A DNA stretch of 64,000 nucleotides from Gemmatimonas sp. (GCA_965279375.1 OZ257156.1:2144001-2208000); one strand, 5' to 3'. Shown: positions 39,078 to 49,454, counted from the first letter of the stretch. Notes: generated by a model from the sequence alone, not told the origin. Numbers and translations are program-made.

Positions 39078-40607
39078 TCAGGGCACACTGCCCTTGCGGT
39101 AGTCGAGCTGCGGCTTCTGCGTGCCCAGTACGGTGCTGTACACGAAGTTCGCACCGCGACGCTTCTGCAGTTCGGCCTTGGCCGCTTCGATCGTGGCAGG
39201 TGTCGCGAAGAGATCCGCACCCGTGAGCGCCATCGTCTTGGCGGCCACCATCATCCCCTTGGCGCCGATGCTCATGCCGCCGGCAGCAACGGCTTGCCAG
39301 GAATGCGCCGCGGTGCCGGGCACCCAGGTGGCCGCCGAGAGCTGCACCGTGGGGACGTTCCAGCTGATGTCGCCCACGTCCGTGGAGCCTGCGCCCGCCT
39401 GATCGAGCACCAGCGGCTTGATCAGTGACGTGCTGGCCAGCGGACGCGCCACGAAGTTGGGGGTCTTCTGCAACTGTTCGGCAAAGGCGCGCTCCTCCGC
39501 AGTGTAGGTGAAGCCGCCCACTCGCTCGAGCGCGCGCTGCTGCACGCGCGCGAGGGTTTCGTTGGGGAGCAGCGCGTACACCGAGCCGATGAGCTGCAGG
39601 TCGTACGTGGTGCCGGTGCCGATCGCAGCGCCCTTGGCGGCGTTGACCACGCGTGACCAGACATCGTTGACGACGTTCATGTCCACGTGGCGCACGTAGT
39701 AGTACACCTCCGCTTCATCGGGCACGACGTTCGGCGCCTTGCCGCCATCCGTGATCACGTAGTGGATGCGCGTTCCGTCGGGGATGTGTTCGCGCAGGTA
39801 GTTGGTCATCACGTCCATCACTTCCACGCCATCGAGTGCGGAGCGGCCACGCTCCGGTGCCGCGGCTGCGTGTGAGCTGATGCCGTGAAAACGGAACTTG
39901 CCGGTGATGTTGGCCATCGTGCGTTCGCCGGTGACGCTGTTGTCGTCGCCCGGATGCCACGCGATCACCGCGTCCACGTCGTTGAAGATCCCGTCACGCA
40001 CCATGTACACCTTGCCCGAACCACCTTCTTCGGCGGGGGTGCCGATCATGCGCAAGGTGCCCTTCACCTTGTTGGCGATCATCCATTCCTTGAGCGCGAT
40101 CGCGGCGGCGGTGCTGGCCGTGCCAAACAAATGATGGCCGCAGCCGTGTCCTGGTCCGCCCGCGATGAGTGTCTTGCGAGTGGGCGACGCGTCCTGTGAA
40201 AGCCCCGGCAATGCATCGAATTCGCCGAGCAAGGCGATCACGGGCTTTCCGCTGCCGTACTCGGCGATGAACGCGGTGGGTTCACCGGCGATCCCCGCAG
40301 TCACCGTGAAGCCGGCCGTTTTGAGTTCGCTTTGCAGCAACGCCGACGACTTCACCTCCATGTAGCCCACCTCCGCGAAGCCCCAGATCCGCTTCGCCAC
40401 GTCGGCGTAGTGCGCAGCGCCGTTGTCCAGCGCGGCCAGCATGGGCGTGGTGTTGAGGGCGGCCTTGGCCAGTGGCGCGGGCGGGGCTGACTGCGCGGTG
40501 AGCGTCGTGCTGAGGGGCGCGGCAATCAGCGACGAAGCCAGCACTGACAACGCGCGAGCGACGCCGGGGGCGAGCCAGCGGGGCGAAGAGGACTTTGGCA
40601 GGGGCAT
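39078..40607 (-). CDS. M20 amidohydrolase (AbgB, aminobenzoyl-glutamate hydrolase B-like), secreted
   Basis: GEFDALPG, GHGCGHH, GTPAEEGG, WHP, HAAAAP.RGRSALD, GSTDVGD. Confidence 0.9.
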   Translation of the reverse strand: MPLPKSSSPRWLAPGVARALSVLASSLIAAPLSTTLTAQSAPPAPLAKAALNTTPMLAALDNGAAHYADVAKRIWGFAEVGYMEVKSSALLQSELKTAGFTVTAGIAGEPTAFIAEYGSGKPVIALLGEFDALPGLSQDASPTRKTLIAGGPGHGCGHHLFGTASTAAAIALKEWMIANKVKGTLRMIGTPAEEGGSGKVYMVRDGIFNDVDAVIAWHPGDDNSVTGERTMANITGKFRFHGISSHAAAAPERGRSALDGVEVMDVMTNYLREHIPDGTRIHYVITDGGKAPNVVPDEAEVYYYVRHVDMNVVNDVWSRVVNAAKGAAIGTGTTYDLQLIGSVYALLPNETLARVQQRALERVGGFTYTAEERAFAEQLQKTPNFVARPLASTSLIKPLVLDQAGAGSTDVGDISWNVPTVQLSAATWVPGTAAHSWQAVAAGGMSIGAKGMMVAAKTMALTGADLFATPATIEAAKAELQKRRGANFVYSTVLGTQKPQLDYRKGSVP

Positions 40608-40745
40608 GGCGAGGCGGCGAAAGGGTTCGTCACGAGATCGTTGCGCAATAACAGTGCATCTGGAACCGAAGCGTGGGGAGACTGTGCTTGAGTTCGCCGA
40701 CCCTTCAGAGCGGGCAATGTCGGACTCCCGCAACCACGAGGTTTC

Positions 40746-41633
40746 GTGCCCGCGACCCTGTTGTCGCATCAGGCGTTGGTGCTTCCGCTCAAAATGCGCT
40801 GGCCGCGTGTCTTCTCCGGGCTTGCGCTCTGCATTGGCAGCATGGCCCCCGATCTCGAGTTCATCGGGCGCATGACCGACGATTGGCTGTACAGCCACAC
40901 GCTCGTCGCGCAGCTCTGGTTCACCGTTCCCGTGACCCTGCTGCTGGTTTGGATCATCGCGGCGCTGCTCGTGCCCACGCTGTTGCCGTATCTGCGCGAG
41001 GTGCGCTGGCTTCGTTTGCACGATCTCGCCGCGCTGTCGCCGCCCACAGGCGTGCGTGGCTGGCTGGGCGCCGCCGCCTCGGCGTGGATTGGTGGCATGT
41101 CGCACGTGCTGCTCGACGCCATCACGCATGGCAATCACTCCGGGTGGCTGGTGCCGCACTTTCCCGTGCTGCGAACGCTCGTGCCGCACATCGGTGGCGC
41201 GGTCCCGTTGCACGACGCGCTTCAGTGCTGGTTGACGGTGCTGCTGGCGATCGGATCGGTCGTGATGTGGCGGACCATCGCGCGCAAACGATTGCTCTGG
41301 CATTGGCGCTCGCTTCCGGCCGTCGATGCGATCAAGATGTCCCGCGCATCAGGCGTTCGATTGGCGTCGGCGTGCGCAATCGCCGCGGTGCAAGGCGCGT
41401 TCGTTGGGAGTTCGCTGTACCATGCGGGATCCGCTGCAGTGAATACCGCCACCGCGCGTGGCATCACCTCGAGCGCGAAGGGAGTGGCCGCCGCGGTGTC
41501 ATTCGGCGCGATCGACTTCGTCTTTCTCGCGCTCGTGCTGGCTGCGCTGTGCGTGCGAGTGGGAGTGGCTAGCTTTGAGCATGAGAGTCTTCGCCCTGGT
41601 CGCCGTACTCAGCTTCGTCCGTCCAACGCATGA
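40746..41633 (+). CDS. DUF4184-family membrane protein (metal-dependent hydrolase-like)
   Basis: SH..LVLP, GSMAPD, SHT, SHVLLDAITH; several TM segments. Confidence 0.8.
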   Translation: MPATLLSHQALVLPLKMRWPRVFSGLALCIGSMAPDLEFIGRMTDDWLYSHTLVAQLWFTVPVTLLLVWIIAALLVPTLLPYLREVRWLRLHDLAALSPPTGVRGWLGAAASAWIGGMSHVLLDAITHGNHSGWLVPHFPVLRTLVPHIGGAVPLHDALQCWLTVLLAIGSVVMWRTIARKRLLWHWRSLPAVDAIKMSRASGVRLASACAIAAVQGAFVGSSLYHAGSAAVNTATARGITSSAKGVAAAVSFGAIDFVFLALVLAALCVRVGVASFEHESLRPGRRTQLRPSNA

Positions 41634-42540
41634 GCCACTCACCGCGCGCCGAACGGAGATAGCGCGTGCACGCGCATCGGAGACGGCTGACTCGCTGGCC
41701 GTCTTCCCGCGCGGTCTCGCGCCAGATGCGTCACGCGCCGAACGCACCACTGTCGTTCTGATTCCAGGGCCCGTTGGCTCGGCGTTTTCCATGCGCCACA
41801 TCACGGCGGCGCTGGCCGCGCAGGGCGTACCGTCAGTCGTCATCGATCCGCTGGGGATGGGCTCGTCGCTGCGTCCCGAAAAGGCCGACTACACGCTTAC
41901 GCGACAGGCGCTACGCATCGCGGCGGTACTCGACACGCTGCATGTCGGGCGCGTGTTGCTGGTAGGGCAGGGAACGAGCGCGACGGTAGCGCTGCATCTC
42001 GCCGCGGACAAATCGGCGCGAGTCGTGGGGGTTATTTCGCTGGCCGGTGGACCGGTCGATCAGCAGGGCACCAAAGGCGTCAAGCTGGCGCTCACCCTCG
42101 CGCCGTTGCTCGACAACGCCATCGGGCGCTCACTCGGTCGACGCAAATTCGTGGGCGCCGTGCGCGATCAGAGCGCCAGCGATGTCTGGTGCACGCCCGA
42201 GGTCGTGAAGGAGTATCTCCGCCCGTATGAACAGAATCTGCGTGGCTCGCTGCGCGCCTTGCGCGCGATGAGTGAAAGCGTGGAGCCCGCACCGATCGCG
42301 TCGCGCCTGCCGAGTGTGCGTGCGCCGGTGCGGTTGCTGGTGGGTGACAAGAAGTCCGCCAACTCGCCCACCGATGAACAGATTCGCGTGCTGCAGCGTG
42401 GACTCACGCAGTTTCGCGCGGACACCGTCCGACACGCCGGCACCATGCTCCAGGAAGAAGGTGCCGACGCGGTACTTCTCGCGATCAGTGAGATGCTGGC
42501 GGCGTCTCGTCTACCAGCTGCGCAGGAACTCCGCCGCTGA
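41581..42540 (+). CDS. Alpha/beta-hydrolase fold protein, catalytic residues apparently degenerate
   Basis: IDPLGMGSS, DYTL..QA; GQGTS in place of GxSxG and AGT in place of AGH. Confidence 0.7.
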   Translation: MRVFALVAVLSFVRPTHEPLTARRTEIARARASETADSLAVFPRGLAPDASRAERTTVVLIPGPVGSAFSMRHITAALAAQGVPSVVIDPLGMGSSLRPEKADYTLTRQALRIAAVLDTLHVGRVLLVGQGTSATVALHLAADKSARVVGVISLAGGPVDQQGTKGVKLALTLAPLLDNAIGRSLGRRKFVGAVRDQSASDVWCTPEVVKEYLRPYEQNLRGSLRALRAMSESVEPAPIASRLPSVRAPVRLLVGDKKSANSPTDEQIRVLQRGLTQFRADTVRHAGTMLQEEGADAVLLAISEMLAASRLPAAQELRR

Positions 42541-45051
42541 CATGCGCGTGGGGCCCGGGTACGGCACCTTGGGCCCCTTGATCGTCGCCCAGAGGATCTT
42601 GTTGAAGAGTGCCTCGTCCGCCACGTCTTCGTAGCGCAGGTCGAGCTTGCGAGAGTCCAGCGCGCCGGTGCCGCGCTGCGGATTGCGGTCGGTGAGCGGG
42701 ACGGTCGGACGCAGCGCCAGATACGGGCGTGTGTCCGGCGTCTCTCGCCAGATCTCGCGCAGTACGCGGCCGTAGTGATCGAACGGCGACAGTGCATCCA
42801 GACCAAGCAGCGCCTCCATCGTGGCGATGACGTCCGTGGTGTTCACGAAGCGATGCTGCACGCCGGCGCGCGTCCACGGCGAGATCACCATCAGCACCGA
42901 GCGGTGCGAGTCCACGTGATCGGGCCCTGCCTGCGCATCGTCTTCCAGCACGAACACTGCCGTCTTCTCCCAGAAGCGCGTCCTGGACAGCGCCTCGATC
43001 ATGCGCCCTAACGCCAGATCGTTGTCGGCCATGTAGGCTTGCGGCGTTGGCTTGCCGGCCGCTGCGCCCGAGGTGTGATCGTTGGGCAGCCGCACGATCT
43101 GCAGCTGCGGCATCGCGCCCTTGGCGTCGAACTGCTGCAGCTCGGAGATCCAGACATCGGCACGGCGCTGATCGCTGATGTCCATGTCGAAGCCCGGGAA
43201 CTCTCGGCTCGTGTTCTTGCGCAGGAACGGCTTGAGGCCGCTGTAGCCAGCGGGCGCCTCACCCTTCGCACCTTCGGGCTTCACGAACTCACCGTAGTTG
43301 CGGAAGGTGATCCCTTTGCGCTGCGCGAGGTCCCACAGATAGCCGTTTGCTGGCTCGGAGGCATCCTCATCGCCATCGTCCATCGGTACGCGACCACGAT
43401 TGGTCCCTTCGTAGTCATACGTGCGACCGCGCCCGCCGTAGTTGCTGCTGACGGTGCGCTGCAGATAGTCGGTAGTGTACGCGGCCATGCTCCAGTTGTG
43501 GCCGTCGGCGCTCACCTCGGCGTTCACGAAGAAGCGGTCGTAGAGCCCGAAGCGATCGGCGAGCGCGTGATGATTGGGCGAATTACTGCGCGGAAAGAAG
43601 AGCAACGTCGTGTCGCCATCGCCCTGCGGCATGTCGGCGAAAACCTGGTCGTACGTGCGATTCTCCTTGATCACGTAGATCACATGCTCGATGGGCGGCA
43701 TGCCGCTGCGGATGCTCGGCGCGTCCCAGTTGTTGGCGCGGGCGACGCGCGCCGAGAGCGCACTCAGCGACGCGCTGTCGAACATGGCCAGCGGCACGCG
43801 CGACAGCGTGCCGTCGTTCTGGGCCAGACTGTAGTTGAGGTTCCGCGCCGGTGTGGTGTTCCCCGTCGCGTTGGGCTGCGGCAATCCGGCGTTAGCGCGG
43901 GTACCGCGTCCCTTGGCGTCCACCACCATCAGGGTGTCGTTGACCAGGGCCAGCGCCGACGGATACCAGCCGACAGGAATCCGCCCCAGCAGTGAGTCGC
44001 GTGTGGCCGCGCCCGTCCCGGCCGTCGCGGCGCTGAGTTGAAAGAGGGCGACCGCGTTGTTGTCCCCTTCGCTCACGAAGAGTCGCGTGCCGTCGCGCGA
44101 GAGCTGCAGGGCGAGTGGCGTGCTGCCCTGGCCCAGGTTGGCGGGCGTGGGATCGTGCAGGGTGCTGACAACTTTCTGTGCGCGCGTGTCGATCACGCTG
44201 ATCGCGTCGGTGGAGGCGGATGCGGCAAAGAGGCGCGAACCATCAGCGTTGAGCAGCAGCGTGGATGGATGCCGACCCACATCGATGGGAGCGGTCTGAC
44301 GAATCCTCCCAGCGCCATCCGGCTCGTAGCGATGGACCTGTCGCGCGCCCCAGCTGGAGACGTAAACCGTGCTGTCCGGAGCCACCGCGATTGCGTACGG
44401 GTAGCGTCCCGCCATCAGTCGCTGTACCACCTTCCGCGTCGCAATTTCGACGACCGCGAGCGAGTCACTCAGGTTTTCGGCGACGAATAGGAATCGCCCA
44501 TCACGGCTCATCGCCAAACCGGCCGGGTAGCTCGTGCCCGCATCACGTGGCTTTTGTTTGGTACGCAGCACGATCGAGTCGCGCAGCGAGAGTCGCGCCG
44601 ATCGCCAGTCGTACGCGTAGACGACGTCGGTGTTGCCGCCGGACGCATACACGCTGCGGCCGTCTGGCGAGAAGGCGATGCCAATGAACGCCGCCGGTTG
44701 TTCCACCGTTTGCAGCACGCGTCCCGTGCGACGATCCACCACTTGCACGCCCTGCTGCCGCCATCCATTCAACACGAGCAGCAGCTGCGCCGAATCGGGC
44801 GAGAGCACGGCCGCCAGCGGGAAATTGCCAACGTCGGTGCGGGTGCCGACCGGATCGAGGCGCGCGCCGGTCGGCAGCCGTTTGGCCTCGTTGGCCGCAT
44901 CGGTGGAGGAGGCTGGTGCCGGCCGACAGCTGGCGAATGCGCTTATCAGGGTGAGCGTCGCAAGGGTGTGCGCAAGCAGGCGTCGGGTGCGCGCAGCGGC
45001 GCCGAACGGGAGGGCACGCGCAGGGCGCGGAGCGGACGAGAGTCTTTGCAT
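42511..45051 (-). CDS. YncE/YVTN beta-propeller + phosphoesterase (alkaline phosphatase superfamily), lipoprotein
   Basis: Propeller repeats (VG..P, SPDG), IKENRTYDQ, SADGHNW, LPNDHT, EDDAQ.GPDHVDSHR. Confidence 0.88.
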   Translation of the reverse strand: MQRLSSAPRPARALPFGAAARTRRLLAHTLATLTLISAFASCRPAPASSTDAANEAKRLPTGARLDPVGTRTDVGNFPLAAVLSPDSAQLLLVLNGWRQQGVQVVDRRTGRVLQTVEQPAAFIGIAFSPDGRSVYASGGNTDVVYAYDWRSARLSLRDSIVLRTKQKPRDAGTSYPAGLAMSRDGRFLFVAENLSDSLAVVEIATRKVVQRLMAGRYPYAIAVAPDSTVYVSSWGARQVHRYEPDGAGRIRQTAPIDVGRHPSTLLLNADGSRLFAASASTDAISVIDTRAQKVVSTLHDPTPANLGQGSTPLALQLSRDGTRLFVSEGDNNAVALFQLSAATAGTGAATRDSLLGRIPVGWYPSALALVNDTLMVVDAKGRGTRANAGLPQPNATGNTTPARNLNYSLAQNDGTLSRVPLAMFDSASLSALSARVARANNWDAPSIRSGMPPIEHVIYVIKENRTYDQVFADMPQGDGDTTLLFFPRSNSPNHHALADRFGLYDRFFVNAEVSADGHNWSMAAYTTDYLQRTVSSNYGGRGRTYDYEGTNRGRVPMDDGDEDASEPANGYLWDLAQRKGITFRNYGEFVKPEGAKGEAPAGYSGLKPFLRKNTSREFPGFDMDISDQRRADVWISELQQFDAKGAMPQLQIVRLPNDHTSGAAAGKPTPQAYMADNDLALGRMIEALSRTRFWEKTAVFVLEDDAQAGPDHVDSHRSVLMVISPWTRAGVQHRFVNTTDVIATMEALLGLDALSPFDHYGRVLREIWRETPDTRPYLALRPTVPLTDRNPQRGTGALDSRKLDLRYEDVADEALFNKILWATIKGPKVPYPGPTRMSAAEFLRSW

Positions 45052-45141
45052 ACTGGAAGCTGCACTCGTCACGGCACCATCGTCGAGCGCGACCGCCATC
45101 CCGTGACCCGATTGGTCAACACGTGATAGAATTCCGATCCC

Positions 45142-45687
45142 ATGACCAGACCAGATGTGAATCGAACGGCCGCCCCGAACTCGAGGGGAAACAGTGCCGG
45201 AAGCAGTGCGGGAAAGTCTGCCGGTGCGGCGACCCGGTCCGCGCCGCCCAATTTGTCGCGCGCGACGCCGCTGCGACCCGCCACCTACGCGGGCATTGCT
45301 GCCGCAGTCACATCCATAGCCGCGGCGATCGTCATACGCGTCTCGCCGTCGGCCGAGTCGATTGTCGTACCAGCGCATCTGGCGCTGACCGTGCTGTTCT
45401 ATGCGACCGGTGGTGCGTTGGCCGCGCGACTGGGCGCCGACGGCTGGCGTGCCGGTCTGTTCGCCGGATTGCTGGATGCACTCATCGGGCATGCCATCGC
45501 GTTCTTCATTGCGGCGCCTCCCGAGGCCGGACGCGTGTCACTCCCGAACGGTGTCCAACCGACGCCGCAGGTCTTGGCCGGCGTGCAGCTCTGGGGCGCT
45601 GTACTGGGCGCCGCGATGGCGGTCGCCTTCGCGGCGGCGGCCGGCGCCGTTGGCGGCTGGTACGCAAAGCGAGCCCGCGCCAAGTAA
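45142..45687 (+). CDS. Hypothetical membrane protein (about 4 TM)
   Basis: Hydrophobic segments; extended -10-like TGaTAGAAT at 45124-45132. Confidence 0.6.
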   Translation: MTRPDVNRTAAPNSRGNSAGSSAGKSAGAATRSAPPNLSRATPLRPATYAGIAAAVTSIAAAIVIRVSPSAESIVVPAHLALTVLFYATGGALAARLGADGWRAGLFAGLLDALIGHAIAFFIAAPPEAGRVSLPNGVQPTPQVLAGVQLWGAVLGAAMAVAFAAAAGAVGGWYAKRARAK

Positions 45688-45759
45688 CGCCAGTCGACGC
45701 CGTCGTCGCGACTGCTGATGCTGGCCGAGCGATGCCTGATCGATGGCCGAATAGAGACG

Positions 45760-46356
45760 ATGCACGAATCCGATTCCGCAGTGGAACCACTTGAGTCCCC
45801 CGCCAAGCGTCGGTGGCCGCACTGGACCACCCTGCTCGCGATCGGCGTAGGCCTCTGGGCGACCCCTCGACTGCTGCCGCACGTGGGCGCGCTGTTCGGC
45901 GTGCGTGCGGCCCAGACAATCGAACCACAGTTCAGCGTGCGCACGCTCACGGGAGACACGCTGTCCACCGCGCAGTGGCGCGGGCGCGTGGTGCTGGTGA
46001 ACGTCTGGGCGACATGGTGTCTGCCTTGTCGCGCCGAGATGCCGATGCTGGAGGCGACCTGGCAGCGGCATCGTGAGGCGGGGCTCCTGGTACTCGGCGC
46101 CTCGGTGGACAAGACCGGTGAAGACGGTGTGCGCGCCTTCGTGGAAGAGCGGGGAATCAGCTATCCGATCGCGGTGGTGGACGACGCCGTGGTCGGCGCG
46201 CTGGGCGGCGTGCTTGGTTATCCGACCTCGGTGTTGATCGGCCGCGATGGCCGCGTACGACATCGGGTGATGGGGCCGATCGGACCGCTGTCGCTGGAAC
46301 CGGCGATCCGGCGTGCGCTCGCCGAGCCGGTGCCGGTCGCAGACTCGACGCGCTGA
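45760..46356 (+). CDS. TlpA/ResA-family thiol-disulfide oxidoreductase
   Basis: N-terminal TM, VNVWATWCLPCRAEMP, YPTS.LI.RDG. Confidence 0.92.
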   Translation: MHESDSAVEPLESPAKRRWPHWTTLLAIGVGLWATPRLLPHVGALFGVRAAQTIEPQFSVRTLTGDTLSTAQWRGRVVLVNVWATWCLPCRAEMPMLEATWQRHREAGLLVLGASVDKTGEDGVRAFVEERGISYPIAVVDDAVVGALGGVLGYPTSVLIGRDGRVRHRVMGPIGPLSLEPAIRRALAEPVPVADSTR

Positions 46357-46464
46357 CCAAGGGCACTCGCTCGGCGTCTGGCCGTTCGTCATCTTGAGCG
46401 GGTCATCGTGCATCATTCTGAACGCGTGACCGCCGTACCCAGAAGACAGCCTACGTCTCCACGC

Positions 46465-47127
46465 ATGCCAGCAAAGAAAGTCAGCGCGAAACCCAAGTCG
46501 GTCGCAAAGAAGTCGGCGGCCGGCAAGGCATCGGCGAAAACCGCTGCCTCGGCCCCCAAGGCCAAGACGCCAACGGCCAAGGCGCCCGCAGCGAAGAAGC
46601 CGCCGCAGTCGATGCCATATGATCAGGGGAAGTGGGCGCATGTTTTCGCGCGCACGGCCGGCGAGCGCCGCTACTGGCTCATCAAGTCCGAGCCCGACGT
46701 CTTTTCGTTCGACGATCTGCGTGCCGCCCCCCAGCAGACCACCTGCTGGGACAGCGTACGCAACACCGGCGCTCGCAACTTCCTGCGCGACGGCATGAAG
46801 CTCGGCGATCTCGCGTTCTACTACCACTCCAACGCGGAGCCGTCAGCGATCGTGGGCGTCTGCGAAGTGGTGCGCGAAGGCTATCCCGACGCGACCGCGT
46901 TCGATCCGTCGCACGACTACTACGACGCGGCATCAGATCCCGCGACGCCCACCTGGTTCATGGTGGACGTGAAGGCCGTCTCAGCGCTCAAGCGCCCAGT
47001 CACTCTGCCAGAGATCAAGGCCAGCACCGTGCTGGCTGAAATGGCGCTGATCAAGGTTGGCCGACTGTCTGTTGTGCCGGTGACCGAGGCCGAGTGGAAG
47101 ATCGTGCTGGAGATGAGCGAGAGCTAA
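46465..47127 (+). CDS. EVE-domain protein with Lys/Ala/Pro-rich N-terminal tail
   Basis: YWLIKSEP, W..VRN..ARN, GD.AFYYHSN, YPD.TAFD, RLSV.PV. Confidence 0.92.
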   Translation: MPAKKVSAKPKSVAKKSAAGKASAKTAASAPKAKTPTAKAPAAKKPPQSMPYDQGKWAHVFARTAGERRYWLIKSEPDVFSFDDLRAAPQQTTCWDSVRNTGARNFLRDGMKLGDLAFYYHSNAEPSAIVGVCEVVREGYPDATAFDPSHDYYDAASDPATPTWFMVDVKAVSALKRPVTLPEIKASTVLAEMALIKVGRLSVVPVTEAEWKIVLEMSES

Positions 47128-47161
47128 GCCTGTTGCAGTCGCAGTTGTCGTTCGCGTACGC

Positions 47162-49294
47162 CTACGGCAACGCAAACGCCACGTACGTCCCGCCGCTCGG
47201 CGCGCCGTTCTTGCCGCCGCCGCACGCAATCACGATGTACTGCTTGCCGTCCACGATGTACGTGGATGGCGTCGCGTTTCCTGCAGCAGGCAACGTCGTC
47301 TGCCACAATAGCCGCCCTGTCGCCTTGTCGAATGCGCGGAACTTGTTGTCGTAGGTCGTCGCGCCAATCAGCAGCAGACCGTTCTCGGTGACGATGGCGC
47401 CGCCGTAGTTGTCTGTGCCGGTGTTGCGCACACCTTTGGCCGCCAGTTTCGGATACTCGCCGAAGGGAATCGACCAGCGAATCTTCCCCGCGTTCAAGTC
47501 GATTGCGTTGAGAGTGCCCCAGGGCGGCTTGATCCCCGGATAGCCTTCGTGGTCGAGGAAGATGTCGAAGTACGCCGTGCGATACGGCAGCGTGAACGGG
47601 CTCGTACCCACCGTCTTCACCGAGGAGTCCTTGCCCGTGATCAGGTAGTTCACGATGTCATTGATCGCACCGCCGTCCACCGCGCTCGCAAAGCCCGGCA
47701 TGCGTGCGCTGCCTTCACGAATGATCTTGAGCAGATCCTCGCGAGAGCGACGCGCGATGATGTTCTCGAGCGTGGGGCCGATCGCCGTGCCCTTGCGATT
47801 GTCGCCGTGACAGCCGGCGCAATTGGCCGCGTACAACGACTCGTCGCTGCGCGGCACCAGCTTGAGCAGCCACGCCATCTCGATCGAGTTCACGTACAGC
47901 AACCCCGTCTTGGGGTCGTACGCAGGGCCGCCCCACTCGCCGCCGCCGTCCACGCCGGGAAAGAGAATCGTCCCCTTGAGATTGGGCGGCTGAAACGGGT
48001 CGTCCGTCTTGTACTCGCTGAACGTCTTGAGCGCGGCGGCGTGCGCGGCCGGCGTGCGATTGGTGAGCTCAGCTCGCGTCAACTTCTGTCGCGCGAACGG
48101 TGGCGGTGACACCGGAAACGGCTGCGTCTTGCTCGGCACTTCACCGGGAAGACCGTTCGTCGGCACCGCGCGCTCTTCGATCGGAAAGAGTGGCGTCCCC
48201 TTCTCGCGCTCAAAGAGATAGACGTGCCCAGTCTTCGTGATCTGCGCGACGGCGTCCACCGGCTTGCCGTCGCGCTGCACCGTCACCAGCGTCGGCGCCG
48301 CGGGAAAATCACGGTCCCACAGATCGTGATGCAGCCCCTGGAAATGCCAGATGCGCTTGCCCGTGCGCGCATCGAGTGCGAGCACTGTGTTGGCAAACAG
48401 ATTGTCGCCCACGCGATTGGCGCCGTAGAAGTCGTACGACGCCGAGCCCGTGGCGGCAAAGACCATCGCGCGCTTGGGGTCGATCGTAACGCCACTCCAT
48501 GCGTTCGCGCCGCCAGAAATCTTGTACGCCTCGCTCGGCCACGTGTCGTAGCCAAATTCGCCCGGACGCGGGATCGTGTGAAAACTCCAGCGCAGCTTGC
48601 CCGTGCTGATGTCGTACGCGCGAATGTCGCCCGGCGCACTGGGCAACGCCTCGGGCACCGTGCTGCCGATGATCAGCATGTCTTCGAAGACCACGCCCGG
48701 CGTGCTCGCACTCACCGACAGTCCTTCGATCGGGCGATCGAGCCCCACGCGCAGGTCCACCCAGCCGCTGTCCCCGAAGGTTAGGATCGGTCGTCCTGTG
48801 GTGCGATTGAGCGCGTAGAGACGGTTGCGATAGTTGAAGATCACGCGGTCGCCCGTCACCACCACGCCGCGATGACGGAAGCGCGCGAGAGTGGGGCCCC
48901 CGTTCTGTGGATCGAAGCGCCAGAGCTGCTTGCCCGTGGCCGCATTGAGCGCGAACACCTGCATCTTGGGCGTGGTGGCATACAGAACGCCGTCGATCAC
49001 GATCGGATTCGCCTGCATCTCCGATCCCGGGAACTCGTCGTGTGTCTCGTACGTCCACGCCACTTTCAGACGACGCACATTGGCCGGCGTGATCTGGCTC
49101 AGCGTGCTGTAGTGGGTATGGTCATCGTTGCCGTGATACACGGGCCAGTCCGCTGACTGCACGGCGGCCTTGGGCGATGGTGCAGCGACTGGCTTGCCAC
49201 CCCGCTGCGCGTGGGCCAGTGCGGCGCAGGACGCCACCGCCAGAAGCGCAATACCGACGGGCGAACGGTGCGGTCGAAGACACGGGACGGGCAT
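47162..49294 (-). CDS. PQQ-dependent dehydrogenase with inserted cytochrome c domain
   Basis: Propeller motifs, HHDLWDRD, GGGEWGG, CAGCHG...MPGF, KPPWG. Confidence 0.9.
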   Translation of the reverse strand: MPVPCLRPHRSPVGIALLAVASCAALAHAQRGGKPVAAPSPKAAVQSADWPVYHGNDDHTHYSTLSQITPANVRRLKVAWTYETHDEFPGSEMQANPIVIDGVLYATTPKMQVFALNAATGKQLWRFDPQNGGPTLARFRHRGVVVTGDRVIFNYRNRLYALNRTTGRPILTFGDSGWVDLRVGLDRPIEGLSVSASTPGVVFEDMLIIGSTVPEALPSAPGDIRAYDISTGKLRWSFHTIPRPGEFGYDTWPSEAYKISGGANAWSGVTIDPKRAMVFAATGSASYDFYGANRVGDNLFANTVLALDARTGKRIWHFQGLHHDLWDRDFPAAPTLVTVQRDGKPVDAVAQITKTGHVYLFEREKGTPLFPIEERAVPTNGLPGEVPSKTQPFPVSPPPFARQKLTRAELTNRTPAAHAAALKTFSEYKTDDPFQPPNLKGTILFPGVDGGGEWGGPAYDPKTGLLYVNSIEMAWLLKLVPRSDESLYAANCAGCHGDNRKGTAIGPTLENIIARRSREDLLKIIREGSARMPGFASAVDGGAINDIVNYLITGKDSSVKTVGTSPFTLPYRTAYFDIFLDHEGYPGIKPPWGTLNAIDLNAGKIRWSIPFGEYPKLAAKGVRNTGTDNYGGAIVTENGLLLIGATTYDNKFRAFDKATGRLLWQTTLPAAGNATPSTYIVDGKQYIVIACGGGKNGAPSGGTYVAFALP

Positions 49295-49454
49295 GTTCGG
49301 AGATGCTCGGAGATGGTGAGAGCAGGGCGGAGCGCGACGCTGACGGCGGGGAAATATGCGTCTCGTACCGGATTCGGCACCTTCGACACGTTTGGTACAG
49401 ACCGACGCGAAACGGGGAGGTGTACGGGGGCGCATGTCGTGCACATCATTCGGC

